From positions 124,001 to 188,000 of the forward strand of contig NW_025408510.1 of NCBI RefSeq assembly GCF_018350175.1: a DNA stretch of 64,000 nt, given 5' to 3'. The translations under genes were made by a program, and so were the position numbers. Position 1 is the stretch's first letter. The number at the start of each line of letters is the position of its first letter. Below, one piece after another: positions 26,042 through 39,109 of the stretch. A model generated the notes under the pieces. It did not search any database. It was not told where the DNA came from and saw nothing but the letters and a program-made list of their open reading frames with translations. The stretch comes from Felis catus. Its lineage: Eukaryota.

Positions 26042-27443
26042 TGCAGAAAATGAGATAAATCTTAGGATGCAATGACTAGGACAACTCCATGGGAAGCCGA
26101 TGGTCTCAGGAATAAGATATGGATAGATATGAAACACATATGAGTAGGGCAAAGGGAAGCCTCTGTCGACCACCATGGGAACCCAAAGGCAAGATGCCTG
26201 TGTTCTTACTTCAGAAACAGAGGGAAAGCTTCTGGAGTTCACTGTTTTCCCTTGCCATCCTATCAGTGGATAGAGAAGACAGTGATTCCAAGGTAACAGG
26301 CTTGTGCTGCAGGCTGAGCTCAAATGTTTGGAACAGGGCTTGGATGCAGTAGTTCATGAATGGTCTCTTTCTGTGCTCAGCAGGTCCTCGAGAATACTGC
26401 CCATGGTGAACCAACTGTTCCTCAGAGTAAAAGAATCTTTAATGGCCAGGGAGGGAAACAAGTTGGCTAGCCATCATTTCTTCTACCAGCCACCCAAACA
26501 CCAAGTACTCTCAGGAAGGCAATCCTTCCTTTGGGATCTCAGAAACTGATTGCTCTTGGTTAGCACAGACCAGATTCAGAGCTGGTTAGGAGTGGCCAGC
26601 ACTCACTATGCAGGGGACAGTCTCATTGTCCTTGCCTGAGACCAGAGACATGGTTATCATTATGGCCAGGGAAATCAGAATGGCTAGAAACAGGGCCAAA
26701 GTGTTTCAGTTCAGCAAATTATGGAATCAAGCTGGGACAGAAATGTCTACCTCCACATTCCTCTTATCCCAGAAGGGAGGATAGCTCCCTTCCAATATCG
26801 GTGACCCTGACTCCACCTGAGCCTTGCTGCTGGGCACTTTGAAATCCCCTGGGCTTACCTTTGTCCACATAGTGCTCAAAGGCAGTTGTTGAGGGACCCT
26901 GTGGCCCAAGGGATCCCACGGTGACAAGAATATGGTCTGACACCCCAGTTAAAAGTAGAAAAAATGCCTCTGAGATACTGTCCTTGAGTGGACAAGGGAG
27001 AGAACTTGGTGGGAAAAGAGCAACAGGATGGAGAATGATACAGAGAAGGCCAAAGTTCTTTCTTAACACGAGAGAACACGATAAATCAAACACTGATGCG
27101 ACGAGCACAATCTCCTGATAGGATGGTTGCCTCAGGAGTAAGAACCATGTGTGGGCTAGGACCAAGGGAAACCTCCTGCAGTGTTTCTCCAGAAAGGGGT
27201 GAAAAGTTCCTGGCACTGGCTTTTGTTGCCCTGTCCTTTGAAGCCAGAATTGACACCCAGTTAGCACATTCTAGCTTGGGGCTAACCCTCAGATATTTGG
27301 AGAATGGTTCTGCTGCACCAGTCCTTGAGTGGGCTCGGTCCAGTACGTAGCAGATCCTGAAGAATATTGCCAATGGATGAAGTGTCTGCTCTGCACGGTG
27401 AAAGCATCTGTATCCCCCAGTGTTTGGAGTTCTACTGACGAAC

Positions 27444-28151
27444 TGATGAAGAATGGGGGCGATGGTGGGCGTGATCCAGAGCCCAAGACCAAGAAAGATC
27501 TCCTGAAGACATCTTTCATACAAAAAAGGTGATTTTATTAAACGATGGGGACAGAAACCACATGCAAGAAAATCTGCCCTGGGGTCCTGACGGGTAACTC
27601 ATTCTTACACACCATCAGGTTGGCAGGGTGTCAAGGATAGGGTTAGGCTTAGGGGGAAGCAAGTTTTCAGCACCTTGAGGACTAGGTGTGGCTAAGGAAA
27701 TGCCCTTTCTTACCACATAATAAAACCCAAGTCATGAGACCCATTCAATGTATATGGGGCGGGTGCATAAGCTTGGAGGAATACTGCCAGGATATACCTT
27801 GAGCAGTTGAAATAAAAGAAGTTGACTTGCAGGGTCTTCAAGGTTGGGATGATGTTAGGCTTAGGTTGTGTTTTGCCCCTAGCAAAGGGTCATCACCATC
27901 ACCGAGCAGCTAAGCTCCTAGAGGGATGTCACTCTATCCATTTCAGGGATTGTCAGTGGGCTATAAGCAGTGAGGGAATTTAATTTTCATTTGCCGTAGC
28001 ATCACACATTACCATGACAAGTGCTTAAGGCCCTTTTCTCTGCACTTGGGTGGTCAAGACTGTCCAAGGAATAACAATCATATTCCACCCAGGGTGGGAG
28101 GAGGGGCTAGCTTGTGCTTTACCCCTCAGCCTGCCTTATGCTCCCTCTTCA
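27444..28151 (-). mobile_element. ERV1-class 3' LTR (left copy)
   Basis: TG...CA ends, purine tract upstream, AATAAA ~90 nt before the end, adjoining env remnant. Confidence 0.7.
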
Positions 28152-29740
28152 TATCCTCCCTGAATAATGTCAACCCTGAAACCTTGAAGATGGATGAAGG
28201 TGGAAGGTCTCATCTTCTGTAGCTTCTTTGTGCTGAGTAGGGGCATAGAGTCGTCCCTACCTATATGGGTCCTTATTGGTCTCTTGGGAAACGTACAGAG
28301 GAGTTACAAAAGGCGGCGGCGGCTGAATCCAAGGTGGGCCTTCTTGAGTAGAAAGGCTCATCGTTTGGCTTCAGCAAGTGTAGTGATGGAGTCGGCACCA
28401 GGCAGAGAGGCATGGGAGAAACCAGCACAACAGAGTTAGGAAAACAAGAGAGAAGTGCTTTGGTAGTTGACAGACATGCTCAGTCCATGAGTGTAGCCAG
28501 TCACTAGAGGAAAGAGAGGCATTGTTGAAAGCGCCAGTTGAAGTATGCATGTCGCTCAGAAATCCAGAAATCCCTCGGTGGTAATCTGGAATGTATACAC
28601 AGCATTTTGTCAGAGCACATTTCAAACCCAGTGTCTACCAGTACTGCCAGTGAAGATTTCAGATGTGAGGCTTGAAGTATCCTCAGATGGAAGTGGGAAC
28701 AGGCAGCAGGAATCCGATTGGTCTTTCCAGTTGGGAACTCGAATGTCTGCAGTGATCCTTTGAATGGCCCATCGTAAGAAGGACCTGTTAGTATGAATTG
28801 AGAAAGGAAAGTGAAAAAGAAAGGTGCGACCATCCTAAGAGAGGCTTGAGGTCTCGTACAGGTTCCCCGGAATAAAAGGCACATTAGTTTGCCCACTGAC
28901 TAACTGTAAAGGGGGTAGAGGTTTTGTTTCGATACGGGAACCCATGAAGATTTCCCCTCTAAATGACTGCAGTAGGAAGACATAATACGATGTGGTAAGG
29001 GCCATTTATTTCAGGGTTAAATCCCCTGTTGCATGAGACTTTCCATCTTTTGAACAATTAGGTCTGGGGGTTTATATGGGGTGAGTTTCGAGTAACTGTC
29101 AGGTCAGGTGTAGGGAGGACATGGTTTGCATACTTAGAGATTTATAACTTAACTCAGCTTCAAGTGGATACTACAGCACTGTCTATTGACAGGTCTAGAG
29201 TGAGAAAAGATCTTGTACACAGTTGTTGGGGAAACCCATCCCATTTTCAAGCTGTTTCAAGATTATATCCAGGGGGTCCTCTTACTATGCCCACAGGAGA
29301 ACAACAAGGTTGTCCATACCTGTGCTATTGTGACAGGATCTCTCAAGGTTACCTCACGTTGTCTAGTTTAGGCAAACATTTGAAGACAACTAGGATTTAA
29401 CATCGATAATGTGCATTGCTGAAGTGTAGTTTTTCTCTCTAAAAACCCTCTTTGCCCGAGACAGTCAAATCCAGACTAATTCATCTGCAAACGAGGCCAC
29501 TCTTGACAAACTTGGCCTCATTATTTCCATAAGCTCTGCAAGAAGAGTCATTGATCCTAAGGATCTTTGAAAGCATGCTTTACTTTACTGGAATCCCTTC
29601 TAAGGAATCTCCAGACTGAAGCTTTGTAGCCTCTCCAGGCCGGAAGCCAAACCAAGTACTTCCTGTCAGATGGGCCTGCAATACCAGTGGAATTGGGCGA
29701 ATTCCTCTTCACGAGGTCCCCAAGATATCCTGAGGTTCCT
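28152..29740 (-). mobile_element. ERV internal fragment with env TM remnant
   Basis: Minus-strand CALTKCCVYIPDY at ~28581-28619 resembles the class I env TM C-x(n)-CC motif. Confidence 0.75.
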
Positions 29741-29755
29741 TGCCCCTCCCCCACT

Positions 29756-29806
<51 letters not shown>

Positions 29807-30495
29807 TCCATAAAGGATAAACATAACAAAATCTTCTCTCACGAAACCTGTTTCATATCGTAGGAGATTCACAAAATAAATACTTTTAGGACAAATACAG
29901 GGATTTGCAATCTTTCAGATTCCTACTAAAAAGGGTAAGTATTTCGAGAACTCAAAAGCTATATTCCAACTGAACCAGAATTAGGAAGAGGGGCCTAAAT
30001 GAATTGAGGAAGATTATAGTTTTGTGAGTCTTGCTGGAAATCTTGCTGCTTCTCTAATGTTTGCTGTTCTAGATGAAGGAAACATTCTCTGCTCTTCAGG
30101 TGTCTCTACTATGCAGAGATGTCAGCAACTATTCACTTGTCAACTGAAGCCTTGACCTTCCCTCTGTACCTAAATCTTCTGAAATTCAAACACTCTCTGT
30201 GAGTATTCTTCCTTTCATGGCCATTACAGGTATTTGCCTACGTGCAATAAGAATCTCTTGCTTGTAACAGGACACCTTTGGAAATACTGGTTACTTTCCT
30301 ATGGCTTTGACTGGAATGTCCTATTTGAGAGACATGCATAGACTCAGAAATGACACTACAGCTTCGAGGAACTAAGGTTGACGTGATGTAACATGGAGCC
30401 ATTAAAGCCCCTTGGAAATGTTTTCCGGATACCTGGTTCCCAGAGTTCCCAGCGCCTCACCAGGCGAGTAAAGAATGTCCCTTCCTGGCAGGCAC
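29741..30495. other. Palindrome spacer (~755 bp): SINE-tail-like (CT)n tract then unpaired ERV-internal-like sequence
   Basis: No mirror partner. (CT)n at ~29759-29808. The remainder is continuous with the right-arm ERV sequence. Confidence 0.85.
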
Positions 30496-31561
30496 AGGAA
30501 CCCTAGGATATCTTGGGGACCTCGTGAAGAGGAATTCGCCCAATTCCACTGGTATTACAGGCCCATCTGACAGGAAGTCCTTGGTTTGGCTTCTGGCCTG
30601 GAGAGGCTACCAAAGTTCAGTCTGGAGATTCCTTAGAAGGGATTCCAGTAAAGTAAAGCACGCTTTCAAAGATCCTTAGGATCAATGACTCTTCTTGCAG
30701 AGCTTATGGAAATAATGAGGCCAAGTTTGTCAAGAGTGCCCTTATTCGCAAATGAATTAGTCTGGATTTGGGTATCACAGGCAAAGAGGGTTTTTAGAGA
30801 GAAAAACTACATTTCAGCAATGCACATTATCAATGTTAAATCCTAGTTGTCTTCAAATGTTTGCCTAAACTAGACAACGTGGGGTAACCTTGAGAGATCC
30901 TGTCACAATAGCACAGGTATGGACAACCTTGTTGTTCTCCTGTGGGCATAGTAATAGGACCCCCTGGGTATAATCTTGAAACAGCTTGAAAATGGGATGG
31001 GTTTCCCCAACAACTGTACACAAGATCTTTTCTCACTCTAGACCTATCAATAGACAGTGCTGTAGTATCCACTTGAAGCTGAGTTAAGTTATAAATCTCT
31101 AAGTATGCAAACCATGTCCTCCCTACACCTGATCTGACAGTTACTCGAAACTCACCCCATATAAACCCCCAGACCTAATTGTTCAAAAGATGGAAAGTCT
31201 CATGCAACAGGGGATTTAACCCTGAAATAAATGGCCCTTACGGGATCATATTATGTCTTCTTACTGCAGTCATTTAGAGGGGCAATTTTCATGGGCTCCC
31301 GAATCGAAATAAAACCTCTACCCGCTTTACAGTTAGTCAGTGGGCAAACTAATGTGCCTTTTATTCCGGGGAACCTGTACAAGACCTCAAGCCACCACTG
31401 CCTTTGTAACTCCTCTGTACGTTCCCCAAGAGACCAATAAGGACCCATATAGGTAGGGACGACTCTATGCCCCTACTCAGCACAAAGAAGCTACAGAAGA
31501 TGAGACCTTCCACCTTCATCCATCTTCAAGGTTTCAGGGTTGACATTATTCAGGGAGGATA
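29810..31561 (+). mobile_element. ERV internal fragment, right copy, env TM segment deleted
   Basis: Mirror of the left fragment without 28325-28846, extending ~0.7 kb further into the spacer. Confidence 0.65.
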
Positions 31562-32280
31562 TGAAGAGGGAGCATAAGGCAGGCTGAGGGGTAAAGCACA
31601 AGCTAGCCCCTCCTCCCACCCTGGGTGGAATATGATTGTTATTCCTTGGACAGTCTTGACCACCCAAGTACAGACAAAAGGGCCTTAAGCACTTGTCATG
31701 GTAATGTGTGATGCTACGGCAAATGAAAATTAAATTCCCTTACTGCTTATAGCCCACTGACAATCCCTGAAATGGATAGAGTGACATCCCTCTAGGAGCT
31801 TAGCTGCTCGGTGATGGTGATGACCCTTTGCTAGGGGCAAAACACAACCTAAGCCTAACATCATCCCAACCTTGAAGACCCTGCAAGTCAACTTCTTTTA
31901 TTTCAACTGCTCAAGGTATATCCTGGCAGTATTCCTCCAAGCTTATGCACCCGCCCCATATACATTGAATGGGTCTCATGACTTGGGTTTTATTAAATGG
32001 TAATGAAGGGCATTTCCTTAGCCACACCTAGTCCCTCAAGGTGCTGAAAGCTTGCTTCCAACACTGCTTAGAGACTTACCCTATCCGTGACACCCTGCCA
32101 ACCTGATGGTGTGCAATAATAATAAGTTACCTGTCAGGACCCCACTGCAGATTTGCTTGCATGTGGGTTCTGTCCCCATCGTTTAATAAAATCACCTTTT
32201 TTGTAGGAAAGATGTCTTCAGGAGATCTTTCTTGGTCTTGGGCTCTGGATCACGCCCACCATCGCCCCCATTCTTCATCA
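31562..32280 (+). mobile_element. ERV1-class 3' LTR (right copy)
   Basis: agggagga purine tract then TGaagaggg...; AATAAA at 32185; ends ttcatCA. Confidence 0.7.
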
Positions 32281-33682
32281 GTTCGTCAGTAGAACTCCAA
32301 ACACTGGAGGATACAGATGCTTTCACCGTGCAGAGCAGACACTTCATCCATTGGCAATATTCTTCAGGATCTGCTACGTACTGGACCGAGCCCACTCAAG
32401 GACTGGTGCAGCAGAACCATTCTCCAAATATCTGAGGGTTAGCCCCAAGCTAGAATGTGCTAACTGGGTGTCAATTCTGGCTTCAAAGGACAGGGCAACA
32501 AAAGCCAGTGCCAGGAACTTTTCACCCCTTTCTGGAGAAACACTGCAGGAGGTTTCCCTTGGTCCTAGCCCACACATGGTTCTTACTCCTGAGGCAACCA
32601 TCCTATCAGGAGATTGTGCTCGTCGCATCAGTGTTTGATTTATCGTGTTCTCTCGTGTTAAGAAAGAACTTTGGCCTTCTCTGTATCATTCTCCATCCTG
32701 TTGCTCTTTTCCCACCAAGTTCTCTCCCTTGTCCACTCAAGGACAGTATCTCAGAGGCATTTTTTCTACTTTTAACTGGGGTGTCAGACCATATTCTTGT
32801 CACCGTGGGATCCCTTGGGCCACAGGGTCCCTCAACAACTGCCTTTGAGCACTATGTGGACAAAGGTAAGCCCAGGGGATTTCAAAGTGCCCAGCAGCAA
32901 GGCTCAGGTGGAGTCAGGGTCACCGATATTGGAAGGGAGCTATCCTCCCTTCTGGGATAAGAGGAATGTGGAGGTAGACATTTCTGTCCCAGCTTGATTC
33001 CATAATTTGCTGAACTGAAACACTTTGGCCCTGTTTCTAGCCATTCTGATTTCCCTGGCCATAATGATAACCATGTCTCTGGTCTCAGGCAAGGACAATG
33101 AGACTGTCCCCTGCATAGTGAGTGCTGGCCACTCCTAACCAGCTCTGAATCTGGTCTGTGCTAACCAAGAGCAATCAGTTTCTGAGATCCCAAAGGAAGG
33201 ATTGCCTTCCTGAGAGTACTTGGTGTTTGGGTGGCTGGTAGAAGAAATGATGGCTAGCCAACTTGTTTCCCTCCCTGGCCATTAACGATTCTTTTACTCT
33301 GAGGAACAGTTGGTTCACCATGGGCAGTATTCTCGAGGACCTGCTGAGCACAGAAAGAGACCATTCATGAACTACTGCATCCAAGCCCTGTTCCAAACAT
33401 TTGAGCTCAGCCTGCAGCACAAGCCTGTTACCTTGGAATCACTGTCTTCTCTATCCACTGATAGGATGGCAAGGGAAAACAGTGAACTCCAGAAGCTTTC
33501 CCTCTGTTTCTGAAGTAAGAACACAGGCATCTTGCCTTTGGGTTCCCATGGTGGTCGACAGAGGCTTCCCTTTGCCCTACTCATATGTGTTTCATATCTA
33601 TCCATATCTTATTCCTGAGACCATCGGCTTCCCATGGAGTTGTCCTAGTCATTGCATCCTAAGATTTATCTCATTTTCTGCA

Positions 33683-36345
33683 CCACATGCTTCCCTGGGG
33701 AATTCCATCAGACATCTAAAAGCAGTTAATATCTATGCTTCTCAAGCTGTTCCACAGAATAGAAATGGAAGGAAAACTTCCAGACTCATTCTACGAAGCC
33801 AGCTTTACTTTGATTCCCAAACCAGACAGAGACCCAGCAAAAAAAAAAAAAAAAAAATGACTATAGGACAATATGCCTGATGAATGAGAATACAAAAATT
33901 CTCAACAAGATACTGGCAAATCAAACGCACAGCATATGAAAAGAATTTTTCACCATGATCAAGTAGGATTCCTATCTGGGCTATAGGGCTGGTTCAATAT
34001 TTGCAAATCGACCAATAGGATACATCACATTAAGAAAATCACAGGTAAGAACCACATGATCCTGTCAATACAGGCAGAGAAAGCATTTGAAAAAACACAG
34101 CATCCTTTCTTAATAAAAACCCTCAAGGAAGTCGGAATAGAAGGAACATATGAAAACATCATAAAAGCCACATATGATACAAGCCCACAGCTAATATAAT
34201 TCTCCTGGGGATAAACTGAAAACTTTGCCCCTGAGATCAGGAACATGACAGGCATGTCCACTGTCACCACTGTTGTTGAACATAGTTTTGCAATTCCTAG
34301 AACCAGCAATCGGACAACAAAGTGAAATCAATGGCATCACAATGGCAAAGATGAAGTCAAACGTTCACTCTTCACAGACCACACGATACTCTACCTGGAA
34401 AACCTGACAGAATCCACCAAAAGTCTCCTGGAACTGCTACATCAATCAGGAAACTCACAGGGTACAAAAGCAATGTACAGAAACCCATTGCATTTTAATA
34501 TACCAATAACAACGAAACAGAAAGACAACTAAAGAAACTGATCACGTTCCTAGTTGCACCAGGACCATAAAATACCTATCAGTAACCTTAAAAATACGAA
34601 TGAACCGATCCAAAGATATAAAAGTTCTGTATGCTGAAAACTATACAAGGGTTATGAAGGATTGAAGAAGACACAAAGAAATGGGAAAACATTCCATGTT
34701 CATGGATTCGAAGAATGAATATTGTTAAAATGTCAATACCACCCAAAGCAATCTACACCTTCAATGCAATCCCCATCAAAATCGTGCCACCATTCTTTCC
34801 AAAGCTAGAACAAATCATGTAACATGTGTATGGAACCACAAAAGACCCCGAATATACAAAGTAATATTCAAGAAGAAAACCAAAGCAGGAGGCATCACAG
34901 TCCCAGAATGTAGCCTCTGCTACAACCTGTAATCATCAAGACAGTATGGAATGGGCACACAAACAGACACATAGGCCAATGGAACAGAATAGAGAACCCA
35001 GATTCAGACCCACAAATGTATGGCCCGGCCCACTAATCTTCCACCAAGCACGAAAGAGTATCCAATGGAAAAAAACCAGACTCTTTAACCACTGGTGCTG
35101 GGAGAACTGGACAGCAACATGCAGAAGAATGAAACTAGATCACTTTCTTACAGCATACACAAAAATAAACTCAAAATGGATAAAGGACCTGAATGTGAGA
35201 CACGAAACCTTTAAAACCCGAGAGGAGAAAGCAGGAGAAAACCTCTCCGACCTCAGCTGTGGCAATTTCTTACATGACACGTCTCCAACGGCAAGGGAAT
35301 TAAAAGCATAAATGAGCTGTAGGGACCTCATCAAGATAAAAACCTTCTGCACTGCAAAGGAAACAAGCAACAAAACAAAAAGACAACAGATGAAATGGGA
35401 AAAGATATTTGCAAATGACGTATCAGACACAGGGCTAGTATCCAAACACCTATAAAGAACTCACCAAACGCCACACCTGAAAACAAATAATCGGGTGATG
35501 AAATGGGCATAAGACATGGATAGGTACTTTCGAAAGAAGACATCCAGATGACCAAGAGACATATGACAAGATACTCAGCGTCACTCCTCATCAGAGAAAT
35601 ACAAATCAAAACCACACTGAGATTCCACTTCACATCGGTCGGAGTGGCGGAAATGAACAAATCAGGACACTATAGATGCTGAAGAGGATGGGGAGAAACA
35701 GGAACCCTCTTGGATTGTTGGTGGGAAGAAAAACTGGTGTAGCCACTCTGGAAACAGTGTGGAGGTTCCTCACCACATTAAAAATAGATCTACCCTATGA
35801 TGCAGCAATAGCACTGCTAGAATTCAGGGGATTCAGGAGTGCCGATGCACAGGGGACTCGTACCCCAATGTTTATAGCAGCGTTTTCAACAATGGCCACA
35901 TGATGGAAAGAGCCTAAATGCCCGTCAATGGACAAATGGATAAAGAAGATGAGGTTTCTATATACGATGGAATACTACTTGGCAATGAGAAAAGATGAAA
36001 TCTGGCCATTTGTGGCAACGTGGAAGGAACTGCAGGGTGTTCTGCCAAGTGAAATAAGTCAGGCAGAGAAAGACAGATACCATATGTTTTCATTCATATG
36101 TGCATCCTGAGAAACTTCACAGGAGACCAGAGGGGAGGGGAAAGGGGGAAACGGGTTGCAGAGAGGGAAGGAGGCATACCCTAAGGGACTCTTAACTACT
36201 GAGAACAAACTGAGGGTTGATGGGGGGTGGGGGAGAGGGGAAAGTGGGTGATGGCCATTGAGGAGGGCACCTGTGGGGATGAGCACTGGGTGTTGAATGG
36301 AAACCAATTTGACAATAAATTATATTGAATACAAGAAAAAAGAAA
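33683..36345 (+). mobile_element. 5'-truncated carnivore L1, mirror copy
   Basis: Same ORF2 fragments; 3' UTR gagggttgatggggggtgggggagaggggaaagtgggtgatgg...ccaatttgacaataaa. Confidence 0.95.
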
Positions 36346-36829
36346 AGATGCTCAAAGTCACTCCTCATCAGGGGACTACAAAGCAAAACCACACTGAGAT
36401 GCCACCTCACACGGATCAGAGTGTGCCTGTGGGTGGGCAGTCAGCACTGCTGCTTTGCTGGGACACAGTGTGTCCTCCAAAAGCGACAAGGGGTGGGGGG
36501 TCTCGCGCTTTGGGAAACATGGACAATCAGGAGCAGCGAGACTGCAACGTAGCCCAGGGTGTCCCGAAGCTGGCCCAAAGGTGGCCCATCAACGTCATCG
36601 GGGCTCTTACAGGCTCCCGAGCCCCTGTCGTGGCCGAGGAGGGGGGTGGGGGAGGGGCGTGGAAAGAGCACAGACTTGGGTTATGATTGCAGGGAGGTCC
36701 GCCCATGCATATTTTTGGGGGTGGTTTTGGCTTCTTGGCTACTTTTCTAGAGCAGTTTTAGCAAATGTGACAGGAAGCTCCAGAGATTTCACACACATAC
36801 CTGCCCTTACTGAGGCACAGCCTCTCCCC

Positions 36830-37680
36830 TGAGCAGGTATCCGAACCCCCCGCCAGGGCGAGGCCTTTGTCACAGCCCCAAACCTGTGCTGATGTGTGTC
36901 CATCGCCCAAGGTCCGCAGCTGAAATCGGGTTCGCCTCTGACGTTGTACCCCAGTGCGTCCGGGCGGGTGCGTGTTGAGGAGTCTCTGCCGGTGCAGCGT
37001 CCCACCGGGTAGTCTTTCCGCCCTGACGCAGTCGTTTCCGTTGGTGCTGGCGCCACAGCGCATTTACCAGGCGCAGAGGTGGGCGGGAGGCCGGCTGGTT
37101 CTTGAAGGCGGTAGGAGCCCGCATGCGCTGTGGAGGGCGAGGGAGGTGCTCTTCTGAGCATCCGGTTTCTCCCTTGCTAGAAGTCTTCCACCTGCGAGGA
37201 GGTCGCCCCGGGCCCCTGTTTCTCCGAAGACCGTCCCGATCGAGGCAGGTGAGTTCTGGTGGACCCAGCGCCGCTCGGACTCCTGCAGAGATCCCAGTGC
37301 CAGCCGTGGGACGCCGTGAGGCTCGGGGCGCCCTGGTTCTGCTCACTTGGGGGACAGCATTTGGCCACCCTCGGGCGGAAGGCCGGCCTGTCCGTGTGGA
37401 CGCCCGCAGGCTCCCGTGAGTCGTGGTGGCCGCTCTGTGGCGGCGGGGTGTGTGTGGGGGCGCCTCCCGTGGCAGTGCTGGCTTAACCGCTGGGGGGGCG
37501 GTAAGGGCCCTTCTCACTGCAGGTAGTGGCTTCTGGGAGGTTCTCCGGGTGCCCGCCTCAGCCGCGGCTGTCGTGTGAGGAGTGTGCCGGCCGCCCTCGC
37601 AGAGGCTGTCGGAGACCTTCCCGCCTTGTCTGTCCCCTGACCCCGCACAGGCTGCACACGTTCTGTCCCCCGAGGCGGCT
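36830..37680 (+). promoter_or_regulatory. CpG-rich putative promoter / first exon of right copy
   Basis: gggcggg at 36962 and 37081, cgcatgcgc at 37120, donor CAG|GTGAGT at 37248/37249. Confidence 0.65.
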
Positions 37681-39109
37681 GCCACGAACAAAGGCCACCT
37701 TAGGCCCTTGCGTCCTGTGGGCCAGGCCCTAGAGAGTCTGGTGAGCTGGGGAAACCCTATAGAAATTGGGAAGTTGACGAGAAGAAGGGGAGAGTGCCCT
37801 TTGTTCCCTGGGTCAGTGTTTCTGAGACTCGGTGGTGTCGGGACACTTGGACATCAGGGGATTATTGAGGGCCCCAGAGAGGCTTCGTGTGTGGGGGTTG
37901 TGTCTCTCGATCTCTTCTGTGGTGAGGTTAAACCGAGAATTGAAGCGGGCGCCTGGGTGGCTCTCTGTGTTAAGGGTCCGACTCTGGCTCAGGTGGTGAT
38001 CTCACAGTTGATAGTTTAGAGCCCCATGTGGGGCTCTGTGCTGCCAGCTGCCAGCCTGGACTTGTCTCAGATTCTCTGTGTCCCTCTCTCTCTGCCCCTG
38101 CCCTCACGTGCCCTGTGTCTCTCTCTCTCAAAAACAAACATTAAGGAAACCAAACCAAATCCGAGCATCTCAGATGTGATGAATTCACTTAAAGACAAGA
38201 AATTAGTACATATTTTTCATACTTTAGGGAAAAAATATGTACATTTTCAGAACAACACTGTGTAGAAGGGTGGCATTGGCATTGGCATTGGCTTAGTGCA
38301 AGATCTTTATTCTTCCAGCTGCTTCTGCATTCAGTGTCTTGTGGCCAATTATGTTTAGGAAGGCGATGTGGACTCCCCCAGATGAACAGCTGGAGGCGAG
38401 GAGGGTGTGGCGGTAGCTCCTGGGGTGTCTGGATGCTCTTTCCTGATTCCGCACTCAGATGGGTGGGGCTTCCTTGCTTCTCTTGGGGGTTAGCAGCCCG
38501 CACAGAGCTGCATTTTTGTGTGGCACGCGGTGGACGTTTGGAACATCCTAGGCCACTGCTTTCAGCTGATCTTCCATATCTTTCACTCAGTGAACACATT
38601 CTTGGAACCACCACCTGGATGAAGAAATGGAACCTTACGGTGCTTCCTACCTCCTACTGACTCCCACCGAACGTCCCCCAAAGGTAACCACAGTCTTGAC
38701 TTTCACCAGCGATGGCTTTGGCTTGTTCTTCGCTTCATGTTGAGCCAACCCGTGAGCGCTGTGTGTGTGCAATGCACCTGCTTTCCTTGTGTGGCTGTGC
38801 TGGTCCTCCCCTGGTGTCGAAAGCCCAGTGTGTGAGGACAGCATGGTTTATTCTTTCTCCTGTGGGTGCTCCGGTTTGTGCAGAGGCTGCCTGCAGATCC
38901 ACATGCATCGTATTGGGTTGCCTTGGAGGAGCAGGGCGTGAGTGGTGGCACGTGTCTGCTCCCCTCGAGCAACAGCGTGAGGGAGCTCAGGGCTGGCTGA
39001 AGCCTGGTATTGCCTCTTCTCCTGTGTGTTAGCTGGTTGCTGGGGCTCAGGTGCTGGGAGGTATGGTGTATTCGTGGGACCCGCCCCTGTGTGTGTCTTG
39101 GCCACTTAC

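Larger units (their letters stand above)
2499..29740. repeat. Left arm of ~27 kb inverted repeat (palindrome)
   Basis: Reverse complement of 30496-57234. ORF track entries mirror one-to-one (e.g. 7382-7678 - vs 52034-52330 +; 24399-24764 - vs 34946-35311 +). Coordinate sums stay ~59709-59737 along the outer arm. Confidence 0.98.

Noticed and set aside
27638-27656. Interstitial telomere insertion (tagggttaggcttagggg)
   Set aside because: Only about three imperfect units, and a matching 12-mer exists 210 bp away in the same LTR.
28371-28896. Domesticated (syncytin-like) env gene
   Set aside because: Fragmented across frames, shortened cysteine motif, and deleted in the other arm.
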